Positions 1 through 13,021 are shown, counted from the first letter of the stretch. The stretch: 64,000 nt of DNA from Gnetum montanum (GCA_015680685.1 MNCI01002568.1:642258-706257), one strand, 5' to 3'. Notes: generated from the letters alone by a model not told the origin. Made by a program: numbers and translations.

Positions 1-2849
1 GTATGGTGATGAAAAGGATTTCTTGATGCCAAGATTATTGCAAAAGGTTTTGGTTTCCGCGCTACTAAATTGTGGCCCGTTGTCTTTCACAATAGTCATT
101 GGAAGACCAAACGTTCTTACTATGTTATCCAAGATAAAGTGGAAAACCTGTTGAGAGGTAGTTTTTCTTAGGGGAATAGCCTCCACCCACTTTGTAATGT
201 ATTCGATTGTGGTAATTATGAAGCTATGTCCTACGGAAGACTTAGGTGTGAGGACCCTATGATGTCTGGTCCCCATCGTTGGAATGGCCATGTAATCTAC
301 GTAGGATGTAACTTAGTAGGTGATACGTGTATGAGATTTGATTGGCATTGACATACATCAAACATCCTAACTTTGGCTAGGAAATCTCGTTTGATGCAAG
401 GCTAGTAGTACCCTAGGTGTCTGATTTTTTCCGTCATAGCCCTAGGGGCTATGTGTTCTCCACATAGTCCCTCATGGACTTTGTTAAAAATTTTCTATGC
501 TTCTTCCCCACTAATGAAAGTTAATAATATCCCATCAAAGGAGTGTTTGCATAAGGCATTATCTCCTATGAGGACAAACTACCAGGCTCACTTTTGGATT
601 GCATCGTTTTGAACAGAAGTCAAGCCATGTGAGGGTTCGTTGTGTTGAAGGTAAACCTTAATATTTGCATACCATTCTTGGATGTTTGTTACACTTACAA
701 ATGCAATATGCGTTGCTTGAGTAATAGGATCTGTGCATTCTATTATCAAAGTGGGCAAAGTGGCAAACAAGTGACATGGCATATTCAATGCTAACATGGC
801 TAATGCATCTACTATGGTGTTTTCATTGCGAGGTACATGTTGAATGTCCAATGTTGCAAACTATTTTAACAAAATCTTAGCTAGATTGCAATAAGGGTGC
901 AAGTGTGAAGCCTTGCAAGCATAGACTTCAGTGATCTGGTTGACAACTAATTGCAAATCGCCTTAGATTGTCAAATGTTGAATCTTTAGCTCTTGGGCTA
1001 CTAAGGAGTCCTTGATACTTTGCTATGTTGTTCATACAAAGGAATGTAAAGAAATATGCAAAGGGTTGAATTTCCCTAGAGGGAAATGTAATAATTGTAG
1101 TGATGCTTCCACCTTGGATGGTTGCAACACCATCAAAATGTAAACTCACTTCAAAATCCGATGGCACAGAGTTTAGGCTATTGATGTGTTCATCTGGGAA
1201 TTCGGGTTCTATTATTGCTTGATCGTCAATAGGTGAAGTTGTAAGCTATGTGGCTATTTTTTGAACCTTTTTTGATGATTGAGCTACATAATGTAAATCA
1301 AATTCCACCATTATAGCTTTCCATCGGGCTATCCTACTACTCTCGTACAAGTTTGTTGTGATAGCCCAAAGTATATTGCTCTTGCATATGATGTTGACCT
1401 TGCTCTGAATTAGGTAATGTCTTCACTTTTTAAAGAAAATACTAGGGTGAGACAATATTTTTCTACCTCGTTGTATTTTTCCTCATAAGCTATTAATGCA
1501 TGGCTTAGGTAGTAGATTGGAATTTCAAACCCATTGTCTCTTTTTTGACAAAGCAACGTAGCAATAGATGTGTCTAAAGTGGCAAGGTAGAAATAGAAAG
1601 GCTTATCACTCTATGGGGGGTAAATAGTTGGTAGATGCAAAAGCTCTTTATTTAGGTTATCAAAGGCTTATTGAAATTGATCTATCCACTCAAAGTTAAT
1701 CCCCTTTTCAAGTAGGTGTTGCATGGGGTGTAGCTTATCTGTCAACCTTGAGATAAAACCTTTTGATAAACTATACTCTGCCTCGCAACCCGTGTAGCTA
1801 TTTAAGGTTTGTAGGTAGTGCTAAGTTGATGATGATCATCACTTTATCAAGGTCCACTCATATTCCTATTTCTAATACTATGAAACCTAGCATGCATCTA
1901 GTTTTAACTCTGAAAACACATTTCTTAGGGTTGAGGCATAGGTCATTCCTCTAACAATGTTGGAGGACTATATTGAAATCATTGGGATGATCTGTAGCTT
2001 CTTTAGACTTGATAGCTATATCATCCATGTAATCATTCAACCTCTCCAAAAGGTAGTCACTAAAAATATATGTCATCACTCGTTGATAAGTTAATCTGGC
2101 ATTCTTTAGTCCAAAAGGCATCATTTTATAACAAAACATTTCCCAAGGGGTCATGAAAGTGGTTGAAAAATGATGCTTTGGGTTTATATGGATCTGGTTA
2201 TAGCCTAAAAACCCATCCATGAAGGACAGTAAGGCATGACCAGCCATAGTGTCTATGAGTTGATCAATTTTTGGTAATGGGAAATCATCCTTAATTGTTC
2301 CTTTAATCAAATCTCGAGAGTCTATACAAATTTGTATACCTCCCATTTTCTTAGAAACTATAATGATGTTTGACACCCATTCTGAGTAGTCAACCGCATG
2401 GATGAAACTAGCTTGATAAAGCTTGGTGATTTCATCATGTATAGCTAGTGCAATCTCTGGTTTGATCTTGTGAGCCTTTTGCTTGACTTCCTTGACACGT
2501 GGGTCTAAGATGATGTTGTGTTGTATGAGTCATGGTTCTAGGCCCGACATGTTATTGTATGACCATGCAAACACTTTAATGTTGTCATGGAGAACTTTGG
2601 AAATGTTTTGGTGTACCTATGGATGTAACAAGGAGCTAACTTTCAAGGTCTTTGTTTCACCTCTGATGGTAGTTACGGGGATTTTAGTGAGAGGGTCCTC
2701 AGTTACAGTCCAAGCCTATAAGTCTAAGGCTTGGACCAGATGTTCAGGCCAACCTAGGGATGTTTCCAGGGATGCTACAATGTTGTGAGAGGATAACTCA
2801 AAGTCTACCAATTCTTGGTTCAAGCATCTTGTGAACTTGTTGTAGGCCC
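1..2849 (-). pseudogene. pol: Element A pol remnant: RT, RNase H, additional (archaeal-type) RNase H, integrase
   Basis: RT motifs ICIDSRDL, DDFPLPKIDQLID, SFMDGFLGYNQI, MPFGLKNA, YMDD (ORF 1951-2376). aRH motifs LHFDG, NNIAKYQG, HVPRNENTIVDALA. Integrase core motifs TKWVEAIPL and DNGPQF at 1-270. Many stops. Confidence 0.95.
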
Positions 2850-2876
2850 CTGTTAAGGTTAAAGGAAAACAAAGAT
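2850..2876 (-). promoter_or_regulatory. Candidate 3' splice acceptor directly upstream of the RT-coding region
   Basis: Minus strand reads CTTTGTTTTCCTTTAACCTTAACAG|G with AG at 2851-2850. The equivalent in C is TTTTAACCTTGACAA|G near 26547. Confidence 0.5.
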
Positions 2877-2999
2877 CACCATGCATAGTAATTTTTTTTG
2901 GGTGGACCTATCACAACAAGCAAATAAACCAAGTCAAGTGATACCTGTTTGAAGCAACAACATGTAATATAAATCAATGATGCAACATAAGATAATTTC

Positions 3000-3210
3000 T
3001 AGTTTAAGGTATTAGCTGACCACAATAGCATAATAGTTTGGTTTAAAACACAACATGAATGTTAAAATTGTCATTTTAAGGTCATGGAGGACCATCACTG
3101 GTCCAAAATGTGAGATGAATGTTATAAATTGTCAGCTTGAGGTCATGGTAGACTGTCATATGGACTTCACTATAGGTTAAGATTGCTAGTTTAAGTTCTT
3201 TGTAGACCAA
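3000..3210. repeat. Degenerate repeat array upstream of RT in A (core TAGTTTAAGGTC)
   Basis: About four or five degenerate copies such as ttttaaggtcatggaggacc and ctagtttaagttctttgtagacc; homologous to 26722-27142. Confidence 0.6.
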
Positions 3211-3250
3211 TTTTAAAATTTGCAAATGTGGCATGAAAAATGTTTTTTGG

Positions 3251-3391
3251 TGGGCCCACTTACTACGTTGGGAATGAGTGCTACGCTATAGCAGGATTGC
3301 ACTACAATAGTGCTACACTACCGCAGTGTCCCGCTTTAATCAGGATATGAAAATGACAAGTTTGTTTTACCGCATCAGCTATAAATAGGGG
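3251..3391 (+). promoter_or_regulatory. Putative promoter of the antisense gene in A
   Basis: TGGGCCCAC at 3251 and TATAAATA at 3380-3387, 145 bp before the ATG at 3525. Both are conserved in C (27161, 27292). Confidence 0.6.
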
Positions 3392-3524
3392 ATTACCCCT
3401 TGGTAAACCTATCATTTTCATTGTCAAAGCCCAGAGCCCATACGTAGAGCATAGCATGGTCAAATAGAAAGAGAGCAAACAAGCATAGCGTAGCAGCTAA
3501 TACTACTGATTTGCAAACAAGGTA

Positions 3525-6500
3525 ATGGTGCACAAAGGTGAACGTAAGCATCAGGGATTGGCCAAAGTTGATGAGGTGAAGAACACCCTAGGGTGCTTGT
3601 CCAAGGCATGCGTTGAAGTGCGACAAGAGACTCAGTCAGCTTAGTAAGTCATTATGCCACCCTTGCTTCCATTATGTGATGCATCAGGTTAGGTTTCCAT
3701 TGTCATTACTGCTGTCATTTTATCATCACTATTTTTATTGTCATTTCGCGCCGCTACACCATGGTTGTCACTATTTGGCCATGATGGCTATATGGTTACT
3801 ACGCTACAGCTGCATGTCGTACTGCTCTGACTACCATTGTTAAAAATGGAGACTGTGTTATTGCAGGGGTTTAATCGATTTTGGGTGGCATAGCACATGT
3901 TTGGCATAGTGTACCATTCTTAGGGGGGTTTGTTTATTTGCATAGTTTTTACAGCATTGTGATACATGCTTGGCATGACATAGAATAGGATATTTCATGC
4001 AATAGGGTAGGATCAGGGCAATGAGGGCACTGTGACTTCCTTTTTACTTATGTTGTTAACGTTGTAACATTTTTTTGTTGCTATTATGCTGCGTTGTTAT
4101 GTTGTCAAGCCCTTGGGGTGTTATGTTGGTCATCTATTATGTTGCTATGCTATCAAACTTGTAATGCTACTATGTTGTTAAGTTCATTACACTATCAAAT
4201 TTGCTATGTTGCAATGCCTATTATAGTAATATGTTCATTATATTGTTACATGTCTGCTTGCGCCTGTTCATTTATTGCATGTTGTGCATTCATCTCGTTA
4301 TGCTGTGCGTAGTGCAATCATTACCCTTATGCAGAAGTGTAACTGTTACGCTACATGTCTGTTATGTTGTGCTATATATTATGCAACTATATTGTGGGGT
4401 GCACCCACTATTGTTACATTGCATGGGCCTTAACTGCTACATTATGCTACATGTAACACTTTTTTACAGTGCATGTAATGTTTAACTCAGTCTTATGGCA
4501 AGGACTCACTGATTCATGCTAAAGGAGAATTTGTAAGTAAAGGATTACACTGTGTTTCATGTAAATAGAGGGTCACACTACGCTATATGCAAACAAAAGG
4601 TTATGGTATGCTTCATCAGTGATCATCACTTGAACACAGTGCTAACGTTTGATACTTTGCCATGCAAGGTCATGTTAAATCTTGTTTTGATTGTCCTTAA
4701 ACTTATAAGATTCCTATGCTGCCTCGGTGAACCTATGGCCAATGTCCCTTCTCCCCATGCACATGTGTGGTAGTAGGCGGTCTAGTTTCGGGAGGGAGCA
4801 CATGACTTCCTACAGTTCCTCCTCTACCATTTAAGTATGATCGTGTGGTCACACCTATTTTCCTAGATAGCTGTTGTACTTGCAGAGACGTTGTTACTTG
4901 GGGGAAACTGAGGCATTTTGAAGTTTTTGGCCAATGGGTCAATCAGGGGTAAAGGGGCAGGAAGCTCCAACTAGCATCCAAGAGGGTTGAGAAGCTTAAG
5001 TTGGATTTGGGACATGCCTAAGTACAAATGCTATCATTTATACAACACGCTATTTGTTGCCCATCACATGGGCACTTGCTTTCAGAACCCACTTGGAACC
5101 ATTTACTATGGCAGTGGGTAAGTCTTGTGAAGGTATCTTAACATATTGCATGATTCACGTTATGCTAGATAGAGATTCTTATAGTATTCTTGTATATTAC
5201 TAGGTTTTACATTGACGAAGGCAATCTTCACGGTAATATGGATGCATTGGCAGTGGCCTAGACAGCTCTGCAAGAGTTTTCTTCCACCGAGAACATGTGT
5301 GCCAGTGTGATAAAACAACTTGCATTTGACTTCAAAACCTATCCAACTAGGTATTCCAAATTTTATGGAAAGTGTAAGAAATTTGGTTGGTTGGATAACG
5401 AATAGACATTGCACTAATCGATTACCGTCAAAGATGTTCTAATGGAACTCCCACCATTTCCTATGCTATTCAAACCTAGTATGTTAGACCATGGATTTAT
5501 TCTTGTGTTTTCAAGTGATGATGTTCTTTCATTTTGTTTTGCTAACTCCCATTCTTTTTTTATTTGTTAACTATCGCAGTAGCCAGGGAATCCTAAGAGG
5601 TCATTGTGGTCACCTCTGGGCATGATGATACCAACCTCTTCTTCAAGTATGGGGAGGTGGAGGAGATGTAGCATTGGCTTTGCCATGGGGCCCCAACCAC
5701 CATTGTTCATAACATTCAAGAGATAGGGCTCATGGAATTATTTCTAGCTATAAACCCAAATGTCCCAGCTATGGAAATGCTTTCCCTAGTCAATTCCTTC
5801 ACCGAGAAGGCTGACCACTTCTACACATGTGTTCATAATGTGCGAATGATGTTTGAAATTAATGACCAACTATTTTTAGACCTTTTTAGTGTCCCTTTTG
5901 ATGGTCTCCCTGTATGAGAAAAATATAAGAAATATTTGAACCATCAAGGGGACATTGAGGAATGGCTGGGGATGGCTAAGGACCGAAAGGGGATTTACAT
6001 CCACATGGTCAAGCTGGCAGTGGCTGAAACAATTTATCTTGTCTTCTGTGCCCATGCTTTCTCAAAGCTACTCTTCCAAGGGGAAATCCTTTGAGTGGAG
6101 TAGGCTTGGATAATGAAGGAGGTCATGGAAGAAGGAACCCATTATAACTAGGCCTAGTACCTTTTTAAAGGCTTATGTGTTGAAATGGTCAAAGCTTCAT
6201 GAGAAGCTTGAGTCCCATTTCAATGTGCATTACACCTTCTTTTTAGCTTACCTTTGATGCTTTGTGAAATTTCTGGTAGTCCATGATAATGGTGCATGGG
6301 TACTGCAAGATCATAACTAGATATCAAAGCCATAGATCTACCAGGATTTTTGCACCACCCGATCCCAAGAACCCCAAAAAGCCATAGATCTACCAGGATC
6401 TACTCCACTCAATAATGATGAGGGATTGGGTGGCATGCCCCTTTTGTGGTTGGGACAGCATGGGAGAAGCACCCCCCATCAGCACAAGTAATGTGTTAAG

Positions 6501-8341
6501 GTGGGAACACCTTATTGCAAAGATTGTAAAGACCAGGCTACAACATAAGAAGTCTCATCCTGTTGAAGAGACTCCTCGCACAAATGAAAAGAGGGGGAAG
6601 AAGTTGTGAATCAAAGTTTGCAAAGTGCAGCCCCAAGTTGGTGAGTATAATAAAATTATTTTTGTTAGCGTAGCACTTGTTATGCTATGCTACGCTATAC
6701 AGTGTCATGCAACGTAGTGCTTGTTTCAAGTTGAAATATCCTGCTAACTACGATCATGTTTTATTAGAAGAATAAAAAGAAGAGGAAGAGGAAGAGGAAG
6801 TAATTTTTTCCCCTGAAGTAGGGGTGCCTACGGAAGAGGAGGAGGAAGAGGCCCTAGCTATGGAATAAGAGGCCCCTACCAATGACCCCTTTGTAGAATG
6901 TGCTTCAGTGCTTGAAGGGAAGATGAGTGTTGAGGATGCTACCACACTTCTGGGCCAGCTGAAAAGAGAGGGGCTACAATTAGATGCTAGTGAGTTTGAC
7001 CAATTTCTTGATAGTTTCTTGATGAGCAATCCCCTCGCTATCCCCCCTAAGGATTTTCTGGATAGGAGCTTTCCACTATCATGTCATTTTTCATCAACTC
7101 TATTGTTATCCCCTCTACCATGGCCAGCATGTTTTATTGTGCAGCGGACACCACTATTGATGCCCTTGACCCTTCTTCCTCAATCCGTCTCTGACCTTGG
7201 ATTGAGATCCTCGACAAGTTTACCTTCATGGAGGGGGTGGTTGATGATATGATTGATCGCTTGAAGTATATTGATCCTAAGACTAGTATGCTACAATTTC
7301 TATGCTAGGCATTTGTAATTATTAGCTTTTCTTTTGTCACTGTGACTAACATTCTTCCATACATGGCATCCTCCCGCCTCAAGTGGGACCCTCGGCAGAC
7401 TATCAAGGTCAACGTCGTGCCTGAAATTCCGTCAAAGGTGACTAAGGTACCTCACCACATTTATGATGAAATGAGTAAATTTGCATTGTACTCAGCATGC
7501 TCCTTATGGGAGTGTAGGCATGTGAACAAAGACCTTTGGAAGAGGGTACAGAAATTCAAGAAAGAGAAGACTAACCTAACTGCAGAGGTGGAGGATCTCT
7601 ACTCTAGTAATGAGTTTCTGTTGGCTCACAACACCCATGATGGTAGTTGGTGTATGGCTATGATTGACTATGCTAAATACTAGACAATTGTATGGAACAA
7701 TAATGAGGCTAGTCATGAAATTATTGAACAACGCATGTAGATGGACCTCCTAACATAGAAGAACCAAGAATGGAAAGACTACAGTGTAAAGATTTACAAA
7801 TGGGGATAGGCACATAAGAACCATAAACATATGTATAAGATGGAAAGTGTCACCTATTATAAGCAGTACCGGGATGCTGTTGTTGAAGCGTGTATCCTTA
7901 GGGTATTTCTTGACGTCATTGGTGTTTTTGGTGCTTATGAGAGGTTCATGCAACTAATGACGATAAGTGAGTCTCTTGAAAGGGAGGTGACCCTACCTAC
8001 CAAGGAGACCACCACCATTACATTTTTCCTAGGACCACCTAGATGGATAGTCATGGAAAAGGGAAAGGTTGCAGCAAGCACTGATCTAGGAGAGGTGAAT
8101 TGGGGCAACCTCACTAAGGAGGAGATCTTGTGATGTCTCATGGCCAGCATGGATCGGATGCCCCTCGAAATGGACATGGGGCCATCTCGGGTTAGTCACC
8201 TTTTGTTATGTTATGGTTTATTTTTGTAAAATCCTTTATTGTAGTTTGAATCATTGTTTTATTTTCTACTTTATGCATAATCTGAATGAAGATGCAGGAC
8301 CTAGTAGGACAAGAGACGGTGATGGAAATGAAGACCCATAA
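3525..8341 (+). pseudogene. Antisense multi-exon accessory gene of element A (unknown protein with acidic linker and C-terminal coiled-coil-like region)
   Basis: Exon 1 is 3525-3643, then GTAAGT. Further donors at 5118, 6641, 7286, 8191; acceptors at 5203 and 6767. ORF pieces 5732-5917, 6415-6609, 6908-7252, 7342-7683 and 7831-8133 have homologous sequence in C, and several also in D and G. Confidence 0.82.
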
Positions 8342-8504
8342 CGTGATGACCAAAAATTTTATTTCTTGCTTTGAATTTGATTGATTTGTAAACATTATTG
8401 ATTAAGATTGAGTGGAGAATGAATGCGAAATAATCTATTTCATTTCAATTAACGTGTTTCATTTAATTTTTTATCTTTTTGGGCTCTTTGAAAGCCTCTC
8501 ATTT

Positions 8505-8720
8505 TAGTTTAAGGTCATTCATGGCCATTGCTTAATGATGACTTTCTTTCTTTTTTCTTGTTATTGCTTCGGGGTAGTGAATTTGCCAATTCTAGGCCAT
8601 GGTGGGCCATGATGAGTAGTTTAAGGCCATTTCTGGCCATGTCTAGGTTTAGGCCATTTTGGGCTGTATGTGAGGTGATAATAAAGAAAATTACCAATTT
8701 TAGGCCTTAGTGGGCCATTT
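8505..8720. repeat. Short tandem array between gag-PR stop and antisense gene end in A
   Basis: Repeated TAGTTTAAGG(T/C)CATT..GGCCAT units; homologous to 32420-32625. Confidence 0.65.
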
Positions 8721-8903
8721 AGTGCTGCAAACAATGGACATAATGTAAACAATGTAAACAACGAAGAGGATGCTAGCATAAACAATGAATACAAAGTAAA
8801 CAATGTAATTGTGACATTGATGTAAGTAGTAATCTTGATGCAAGTAGTGGAGTAATTACGCAAATGCAAACGACGATCATTCTCACAATTTCTTCTTAAG
8901 CCA

Positions 8904-11900
8904 TCATGGGCTTGGTGATGCGTATGGCCGGGAGGTTTTGTTATGATACTCCTCTATGTCATCATTTACTACCTGAAAGGGTAGCTTAGTCCATGTTGTT
9001 TCTTTGTTTGGGCTAGTTTTGACTTGTTTAGGCATTTCAGTTTCAACAGGGGTTTGGTTTTTAGAGATTTTGATCTCTGAACCTTGCTCCATTCCTACAT
9101 TGTTTAAGGCTCAGGTAGCCACTTCATCGCCATGAATTACCACTTCCCCTCCTACATAGGGTAAGTGGATTTCCTGGTGTATTGGTGAGGAAACAACCCT
9201 TAACTAGGCCAACCATGACCTCCCCAAGATCAAGTTGAACCTAGGCATCTCCTCTACCACTATGAACACCACGCTTGTGGGGAGTTGGTCCCCTTCCACA
9301 AAGTTGATATGTACAGTTTCTTTTACTAGCATACGTGCCCCATTAAATGATTTTAAGTAGGAAGTCATCATGGACTTGATTTAATCGACCAAGCCCAATT
9401 TGTCCACTATGGGAAAGGGGATGACATTAGTAGTAGCCTCATCATCAACATGTACCCTTTGGATCTTGTACTGACCAACCTGAATTGTGATGAACATAGG
9501 TGCCATCATCACCTGACCCTTTTCAAGGTCATCCTTAATGGACTCATCATGGAATGTTAACTGGGCTAGCCATGGTTCCTTGGCCATAGAGGCAAGCATG
9601 ATAGCATGGATCACTTTCTCCTTTGCTGACATGTTTTCATCAACTAGTATGGATGTTAACATGCGAACCATGACTTCTTAGTGTGTAGTGGATGTCATTA
9701 CCAAGTTATACAAGCTCAAAGTTGTGTTTTTCTATTTTAGAGCCTATTTAACTTAGGTGAGGGTGCTGAAAAGATCCTACCTACCATCTTGTCTGTTACC
9801 CTTTTCCTCCTCCATTCAGCCTAGGAGATGAATCTCCCAAGGAGGGGCAACTTCAGGTTGAGGACTATGGTTTCTTGGGTGGGACAGTAGCAATTGCTTC
9901 TATGGCATTATCAATTGCTAACGATGAGGGGACCATGCGCATCAAGGATAAGGGGGTAGGCTTGGGGGGACCTAAGGTAGTACGTTCCCTAGCCATCTTG
10001 TCTGCCAAACTCTCTTCCCATTTTTTTGAACAAGGAGGCTGTGGTGCTGCTTTCATTGCTTGGCTTTGCATGGTAGAAGTGCTTATTTTTTTTGGCACCT
10101 TAATAGTGAATGGTGTCTGTGGTGCTAGCGTAGGTGGTATAGTTCTGAGCACAAAGGGTGTAGGGGTGGATGTCTAAGGAGGGACCTTGAGGAGAAATAG
10201 TTATCATTATGTGATTTTTATCATTATAGGGGTTGCTGCATTTCGAAGAGGGACATGCACCATGAATGGTTGTTGTGGTGGTTTTGGGTTTCCATCAATG
10301 CCAACGACATTAATTATGTACCCTGCATTTTTGGTTTTTAGGAGGTCCTTGTAAATGTGCATTAACTAGTTTTTAGGGTGAATAGGACTACTTTTGTCCA
10401 GGACCAACTTGCCCTGATCGATCATGTGTTGGATATCGTCTTTCAACACTAGACAGTAGTCCATATCATGACCACACAGTTGATGATAGTCACAGAAACA
10501 TTTGAGCCTAAATTTCTTAGGAACTAATGACTCATTGGGCATGGCTAAGGAGGGGTTCCTAAGAAGTTTGCAATACCATTTATGTCATTTAATTACTTGC
10601 TCTGACATCCTTTTGTACTATATATACCCAACTCCCAATAGTTTCTTCAAAAGTTCTAAAGGCTTAACAGGTAAAGGGGTGTATTTGGAGTGATCCTTGC
10701 ACTCAAAGTTGGATTTAGGCTAGGTTGACACTTCAGGTATTGATGTTGAGGATTGACCAGCATTACTTGAGCCAGATGTGGTATTAGCAAGCTCCGTGGC
10801 TGCCTTTTTGTTGTTGCTCTTGTTAGGTTTGGCCTCGTTACCCATAGCAACCACCGTGACTGTTGCAGCCTTGCCCTTCTCTTTGTCTTTCTTATGGTGT
10901 GCATTTTTGTATGTGACATAAGCTAAGTATTTACTAGCCTTGGTTGCATCTTGGATGCTCTTGGTCTAAGTGAAAGCTTGACTGAGGGAGCACGGGGCTA
11001 AGTAGTAAAGCTTTGACTTGATAAAATTGTTTACTACCCTCTTAAAAATGGCCAATAGGTGGGCCTCAGTGATAGGCTCATGTATTTCATTCAAAGTGGC
11101 ATTCCACCACAATATGAATCTTTGCACAAAATCAAGTGGGTCTTGCTTGATGCTCATCAGTTGGTCTAGCGTGACCTCTAGTTTTAAGTTATACTTGAAG
11201 CAAGTCATGAACAAACTCAGCAGCTCCAAAGTTGAGATGGAGGCATGTGGGAGTGCATGTTACTAGTCTAAAGTATTTCCTATCAAGGACATGGAAAATA
11301 CGCGGATGATAGTGTGTGGCCATTACTACAATAATATAGATTCAGATCTAAACATTACCAAATGTGCGTTGGGATCACCTTGCCTGTTGTATTTTGTAAA
11401 TTAGGGGAGTGGCATCCCATGGGTTAACATAAGCATGGGAACGGCCAAGCTAATGGGATCATCATGGTAAAAGTCCATGACCTATACCATGTCAAAATTG
11501 ATAGCTTTGAGGTGTTTGATTTCCTCAGTAAGGATCTAGATAAGTTGAAAAACTTGATCCAGACCTGGTGACATTGTAGATGGTTGCGGGGCTGCTTGAG
11601 TAGCCATCATATGCATCGATGGGAGTTGCAGTGTAGGCGTAGCAGCCTGGCCCATGGGGGGTGCTATTGGTTTGACTCCTGCGGATGGTGTTGCTTGGGC
11701 CATCCACCACCCAATGGGTGGTGCCGTTGATGCAGTGACCATTGGTGGGACTATGGGGTTGATAGGTTGCCCAGTTGGTGGGATGGCCCATAGCCTTGCA
11801 CTAGGTTGTGCTACATGTGGAAGTGGGTGTACTTGGGGTTGCATGTAGTATGATACCTAAGAGGGTTGGGCCATAGGTAAGGAAGGGGTTGGCACCCACC

Positions 11901-12675
11901 ATGTAGTTGAGACTGGGTTAGCCACTGGTGGTGGGATAGGTGTAGAAGAAGGACCAAAGGTGAAGCTTGCATGTGACTAAGATGCAGGAAAAGTATGGAT
12001 GTATGGTAGAATAGCCATGATGGATGTTGGGTACACTACTAAGGTAGACTGAGAACGAAGTATGACTAGGAATGAAGCTGAAGGGCCCCCTTGCTAGTGC
12101 ATAGAAGGTATGGGATGACTAGACACGGCTAACAAAGGTGCAAATTGTAACAGGGTTGTGGTAACCACAAAGGGAGAAGAAGCAAAGAGCGGGTTAGACT
12201 GAAAGATAGCAATAGGCAAGATGACTATAGCATAGGTTTAGCCACCACCGTCAGAGTGGGAGTCCAATTCTTCCTATCCATCTTGGAATGCTTCGTTGTA
12301 GTGGAACACTGTGTCTCATTCCTTGGACCTACTAACTCACATCAACTGGTCCAAGACCCATTGATATTATTTAGTTAATGGGATGAAGATGTTAAGGGTA
12401 GGGATGAACTCCCTTCCATTTCGGTGGAGGAACTTGAAGTTACAATTGTCTTCGAGTTCCTAATGGTCCAAGGGTAGATTTACTTGGAATTTTTGGCAGA
12501 GGAAGTCATATTGCTCTACGTCTTATGTCAAGCGCTTTGGTGATAGGTGTTGCAATCTAAGGGATTGGCATGGTGTTAGCACCAGGCTAAGTGGCCGCTT
12601 AGGACCTATTACATTTTGGATTGAGTAGGGAACCTCTATATTTGAGGTGGTGGCAATAGTGGTTGTAGGAATCAT
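8904..12675 (-). pseudogene. gag: Element A gag-protease remnant
   Basis: Capsid-like FTKYNRQGDPNAHL and FKYNLK segments, knuckle CDYHQLCGHDMDYC near 10450-10500, protease RVHVDDEATTNVIP (ORF 9381-9671). The start position is approximate. Confidence 0.88.
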
Positions 12676-13000
12676 CTTTCGTCGTAAGTTGAAAACTGTA
12701 AAAGAGAGAAAACATGTAACTGGATGTGCTAGGGAGAAGCATCAGGAGTGCTACGCTAGGCGGTTTTCTATGTCACACAAGGTGCATGTAGCATGGGGTA
12801 GTAAATAGGTTAAACACGGTAAGATGAACAATCAATTGGAGGCTTTAGTCCTACCAGGTCCCAAAGGAATTGTTGTTGCAATTGGTCTACACCACACAGT
12901 GTGTAGACAACCACAATGGTGTCACGTCTATGCTAGTAGGTGATGGGGTATAGACTACATGTAGCATTACCTATGATACGTAGAAAGGGCACAAAAGGGC

Positions 13001-13016
13001 CATTCTTCTAGCACCA
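13001..13016 (-). promoter_or_regulatory. PBS of A, degenerate tRNA-Asn type
   Basis: Plus strand CATTCTTCTAGCACCA, similar to the plant tRNA-Asn 3' end CCCTCCTTCTAGCGCCA as I recall it; adjacent to the LTR. Confidence 0.7.
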
Positions 13017-13021
13017 AAAAC

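Noticed and set aside
4094-4485. Cys/Leu/Tyr-rich ORFs, also 27551-28519 and ORFs inside LTRs (13106-14610, 37062-38366)
   Set aside because: They are translations of GCTAC/GCTAT motif-rich intron or LTR sequence and are not conserved as protein between copies.
3525-8341. Antisense gene as a host gene or an independent nested TE
   Set aside because: It has the same position and relative orientation in four diverged copies and no termini or TSD of its own.
9875-11848. Hydrophobic Gly/Val-rich plus-strand ORFs that look like membrane or env proteins (also 33799-35757, 57601-58113)
   Set aside because: They are shadow frames of the Pro/Thr-rich gag on the other strand.
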